This document shows, in pieces, positions 59,789-64,000 of a stretch of 64,000 nt of DNA. The notes under the pieces are model-generated. The model had not been told where the DNA came from, searched no databases, and saw only the letters and a list, made by a program, of their open reading frames with translations. This DNA comes from Macrostomum lignano. Taxonomy: Eukaryota. The stretch is taken from the NCBI GenBank assembly GCA_002269645.1, contig NIVC01002906.1, positions 62,001 through 126,000 of the forward strand, read 5' to 3'. Numbering within the stretch: position 1 is the stretch's first letter; every line of letters starts with the position of its first letter. Made by a program: the position numbers and the translations under genes.

Positions 59789-61840
59789 ACATTGATATCG
59801 CCGTTTTGGCATTCGATAGATTTCTTGACCGCTTGTTCTTCAGAGTCCCAAAGCTTTGTCTTAAGGCTTTAAATCAGATAGTTTTTGGCGGTGTCGCACT
59901 TACAAAAACTGCATCTGCCAGGGGAAAAAGACTTTGGATTTGATGCTTTGATTCCCACCGCCATCAAATGCATGTAATTTTTGAGGAATCGCACGATTTG
60001 TGTATTATTTTCGTCGCTTTGTACACCAGTCATGTGATAAAATGACTCGTGAAGAGGCTTTTGATTGTTAATTTGAGTATGGACCCAGGAAGTCTTACTC
60101 AAGTGCTTGATCTTGTGCGCGCTATAAACTGCCAGCATTCCGCATGTAAGACTCGTACGTCTTTAGTGCTTGCAAATATCGCTCTGACCCACCGACTGGA
60201 CCACTACGATTACGCAACACCGAACTGCATGTTGACTGAATTGAAAAAATGGGCTCTCTACGCTACAATACACAATCAGCTGTTGCATCATACCGATACT
60301 GCTTTGTTCACTGGCCTAGCAAAAAATTCAGCGACAAAGTCGAATCCACATGGCGACAGCAAATATTGAGAATGCGGGAGCAGCAATGTGACTTTTCTAT
60401 TTTTGTGGAAAATGTAGCCAGAAATTCACAATTGAAGGAAGGCCTGCATTAACGTGTAGCGAATTGAGCAGATGCAATTTCTGTCTGCGGAAGCTTCATA
60501 TCGCATAGACCGGTACCCCGTTCTAGAGACTATCGGTTGGCTGCAGGTTACTAGCTAATCTATCTGTGCTAATGCACGAGCATTGTAATGCTATTTAAAC
60601 AAAGGATCGATAGATCGTTTCATCGTGAAGGCTGTTTCAGACTGGTTTGTTTTTAGCCTAACTGCAGCTATATATGTAGGCTCGTAAAATCAGCCGATCT
60701 TCCGTTGCTGAGCATGAAATCTAGTTGGTCTGGATCGATTTCCAGAGTAGACTTGACATCATGGGTTTTTTTTAGAGGCAGGGGGGTTGTGTGCACCCTG
60801 GCGCACTTTAAGCGACATTAAGCACACAACCGGCGAGAGGCATTACTGCCCATTCCGACGACTCCCCTGAGCAGGCATACAAGTGCGCGGATACGTACGC
60901 AGGCACACACGCACACAGGAGTGTACAGCGGCCCTAACTTATATTATGAGTTCCCACTCCTTTTCCAAGGAGAGAGCGTGCAAAAATGACGAAGTAGAAG
61001 AGAATGTGACGTTATTATACGCATGGGTGCATTCTGATGCGAACAATGGGCGGGTTGCGCAAGGGATCAGGCGGGGGAGAGAGACGGGCAATCATGCGTG
61101 ACTGTTTTATAATTTCAGGCATCGACCACTTGAGTTCAGAATTTAAACTCGGAACCGTTAAATAGAAAATTGTATCTTTTGTAACCTAAAAGCAAAAATG
61201 ATGAAGTGAATTAACATTTTGTGATGCACATGGCGAACAAGTCAAAACTGCAACTGCGATTTAAGTGTCAGACCACATGTGTGTGCTCAATCAGATGTTT
61301 TCACCGGCCAAGCAGCGGGCAGAAAGCAGTAAACTCTTGGCAACCGCGATGACATCCACTGTCTGGTAAACTCTCAAGCTCGATTTGCACGGCTGGCATG
61401 ACTTGTCTGAATTTAACTGGCTCTGTGTCTTAAACTCAATGCTCTGTCTGCGCCTGGGCTACAGACAGACCATAGAAGGTGTTTTGACCATAGACAAAAG
61501 TAGAAGCATTGGTTGAATATCATTGGCAGTGTCTTAAAATGAATACTTGAATTCTTAAATAAAATTAAATATTCTATAATGAGTATAGACGTGAGAGTGC
61601 ATGGCTAACAGAGTTCGAGGGAAGCTACACCTTTTTCCATTCATTCTATTTTGGCAAAACGTCAATCAAAGTCGAAATCTTTTCATTCAGACAGTTTATG
61701 GTAGTTCTTGGCCGGACGTGCATTCAATTCCGACAAATGTACTTTCAAAAGCGACAATTTTCAATCAAAGCAAACAAGCTACCACGAGAAACCGACACTT
61801 TGCAATCAATTCTGACAGTTGGCTATAAATTGGCTTTTTC

Positions 61841-62347
61841 TGTCCTCCTATCTATGGCTCATACTGCGAAATGTCCAATCAATTCCGACAAATTTCAATC
61901 TATTTAGACAAGCTACTTTTTACTTTGGGTGGGGCCAGGGCTAAATGCCATAGACACATCATGGAGAGAAACTTGGAGATTCGGAACACCCATAGATTTA
62001 ACCTTGCACCAAAGCAGCATATCGGCGTGATATGCTTGAGTGAGTAACGAATAGTACTGTAAACGTCGTCACCGGAGCCAACTGCACGGCTTAGTACAAC
62101 CATTGTCTGACTTATGTACCGCGCTGCTTTGCGGAAGTGCCGATTGATGGCTAAAATCTGACTGCTGAATCTTTATGAACCTCATGAACTCTGCTGACTG
62201 CTTCAGTTTTAGTTGTCCTGTTGCATTTTGAAGTATACTGTAAATGTACAGTACATGTAGTATGTACTCCAATGGCTTGTCTAAATAGATTGAAATTTGT
62301 CGGAATTGATTAAAAATTTCGCAGTATGCGCCATAGATAGGAGGACA
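61841..62347. mobile_element. ~507-bp element with ~73-bp imperfect inverted arms (MITE-like)
   Basis: 61841-61913 (TGTCCTCCTATCTATGG...TATTTAGACAAGC) is the reverse complement of 62275-62347 with a few mismatches. No TSD seen. Confidence 0.6.
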
Positions 62348-64000
62348 TGATGTAACCGCCCTTGTCGCCTGTCCGCTCCGTAGAGAGACGAACGCATGGC
62401 TAGAGGGGGCAATGACCGTAGGCTGCCTATGACCGGGCAATGACCTGACGGACCTCCAGCACCAGACTGTCCCGCCCACATGATTAGTAGCTTTGGTAGC
62501 GCTTCGTGACCAGAGGGCCAAGGACCCACATGGACCCCACCTGTAGCTAAGGTGCAATAGTTGGTCACTCGGTCATAGTATGACCGAGCGGCTGCCACCA
62601 CTCTATGTGACCTGGCGCACCCGGATCTTTCTACCAGACCTCTCGAGGCTAGAGCCCCGCCTGGATTGGTTACCAGGGGATTTAGGCTAACAGGGGAGAC
62701 GCATGCAGCCGAGTACAGGGACTCTGCTTGGGGCATGATCGGGAACTCTGGGCTCAATCCTGGAGGATTTCTCAGCAGGGGATCCTTGGTGGCTGTGAGC
62801 GAGGCTGACTTGCGACTTTGATTACTAAGAGTAGTATGAGGCGAACATGTACTGTCTACAGTTTAGATTGCTCAGGGCGAAGGGACGCGTTAGCATGGGG
62901 TTGCAACCTTCCTACTGCCATGCTGTGCCAAGACTCGCTAATCCCTCTACTGCACGCACACGCGGCCCCGCAGCACGCACTCACAGGCGGGCTTTGCACG
63001 GGGAGAGGCCATTAGCTTACCCAAACTTCCTTATGCTTTGCCACCCGGGAGAAAGGCTTAGCAAGCCATGAGTGAAATGATGGTGAAAGATTGAATAATG
63101 ATGAAGTTAGTTAATAGTTAATAATTAGGCCCTTAGGCAAATAAGTAGGCAATTAGGCGGCTTCACTATTGAGTAAAATACAGCAAAAGATACGGTATCA
63201 CAAATGGCTCAGCTCTCTAATCAGACAATGGAAAATAGGCAAACCCGGATAAGCAAAGGCAATTAGAGCACAAATTAGTAGCAGGAACTTACCGGCAGCT
63301 GCACAGAGAGAGAGAGAGGCGGAGTGACCGAGGGCGGCTGTAGGCTGCAGTCAGGCAGACGGTGAAGCGGCGATGCGCTGGAGCGACGAGGCGCTGATGT
63401 AGATCAGGCGATGCTGATGATGCGGGGCGGTATCAGACCGCTGGCCGATAGGCGAGCTCACTTGGGGAGCTAAGGATAACTTGGCGGTAACAGACCGCGG
63501 GCCGGCAGGGATTCGTCTTATAGACGAATGGGTCAGAACTCAATCTGACAGCAAGTCCAAAGAAGAGAGGAGGAGAGGAACAGAGATAAACTCAGTTGAG
63601 TATTCTCATGCCGAAATCGCTTCCTTTTATAGACCTCACAGCCGCCTCCTCAAGGTCGTTACCATGGCTCCCTCTCTCTGATTGGCTGCCGGCAGAATGA
63701 CGTCAGAATGAGTCATGATGAGAAGCATGAGACCGGCATAGCAACATGAGAAATCGGGAAATTGCGCAATCCGGAGGTGGGGTGGGGGGATAATTGGCGC
63801 AGCGGGTGGTCGCGAAAGTGTTGCGCAAGCACATTGAGAACAATAGGGCTGGGGTCGAGAACAAAGGAATTGGAAATCGGGATAATTGGGGAAAACTGAG
63901 AACAATGGAAAAGTAAACATTGGAGAAAAGGTGATAATTAGGTGCGAAAACGAGAACAAAAGAAAGAGAAAATCGGAGAAAATGTGATAATTGGTGGGGG

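Noticed and set aside
62350-64000. GC-rich stretch with several short ORFs, possibly an LTR/DIRS-type element edge
   Set aside because: No recognisable RT, integrase, recombinase, PBS or terminal repeat within the window.

Overview
Eukaryotic, intron-containing, repeat-rich genomic DNA. About 17 kb of the 64 kb is tandem repeat by hand tally. The composition (GC-rich exons, minisatellite-filled introns, ciliary genes, RTE-like LINE) suggests an invertebrate, possibly a flatworm such as Macrostomum; this is inference only. Host genes reconstructed by hand from splice sites: a two-TM orphan (4692-8343), a brain-specific homeobox gene Bsx/bsh (18071-22227) with a 1-bp frameshift inside the homeobox, CFAP36 (34243-37646), a low-complexity orphan (44207-45853, minus), a two-LIM protein (48006-49885), a DUF4200/CCDC42-family coiled-coil protein (53679-56206, minus) and a secreted PAN-like plus C-type lectin (59024-59788). 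The main find is a complete 10,795-bp Mutator/Foldback (Phantom-like) DNA transposon at 23191-33985. It has a perfect 9-bp TSD (TGAGGAATG) and near-identical ~1.27-kb TIR arms continued by mirrored 36/37-bp arrays. Its ~1260-aa protein fuses a vertnin-like OTU cysteine protease domain (Cys and His retained) to a MULE DDE transposase, a 26-aa repeat and a C-terminal zinc finger. It lies 248 bp upstream of the CFAP36 start codon. A second theme is minisatellites whose units are amplified functional junctions: the Bsx splice donor and acceptor, the CFAP36 GTTAGT donor, and hAT-MITE termini. Also present are several MITEs with TSDs, a 5'-truncated RTE-like LINE with a duplicated internal segment at its junction, and a CORE-type SINE. 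No CRISPR, rRNA or bona fide tRNA genes were seen.
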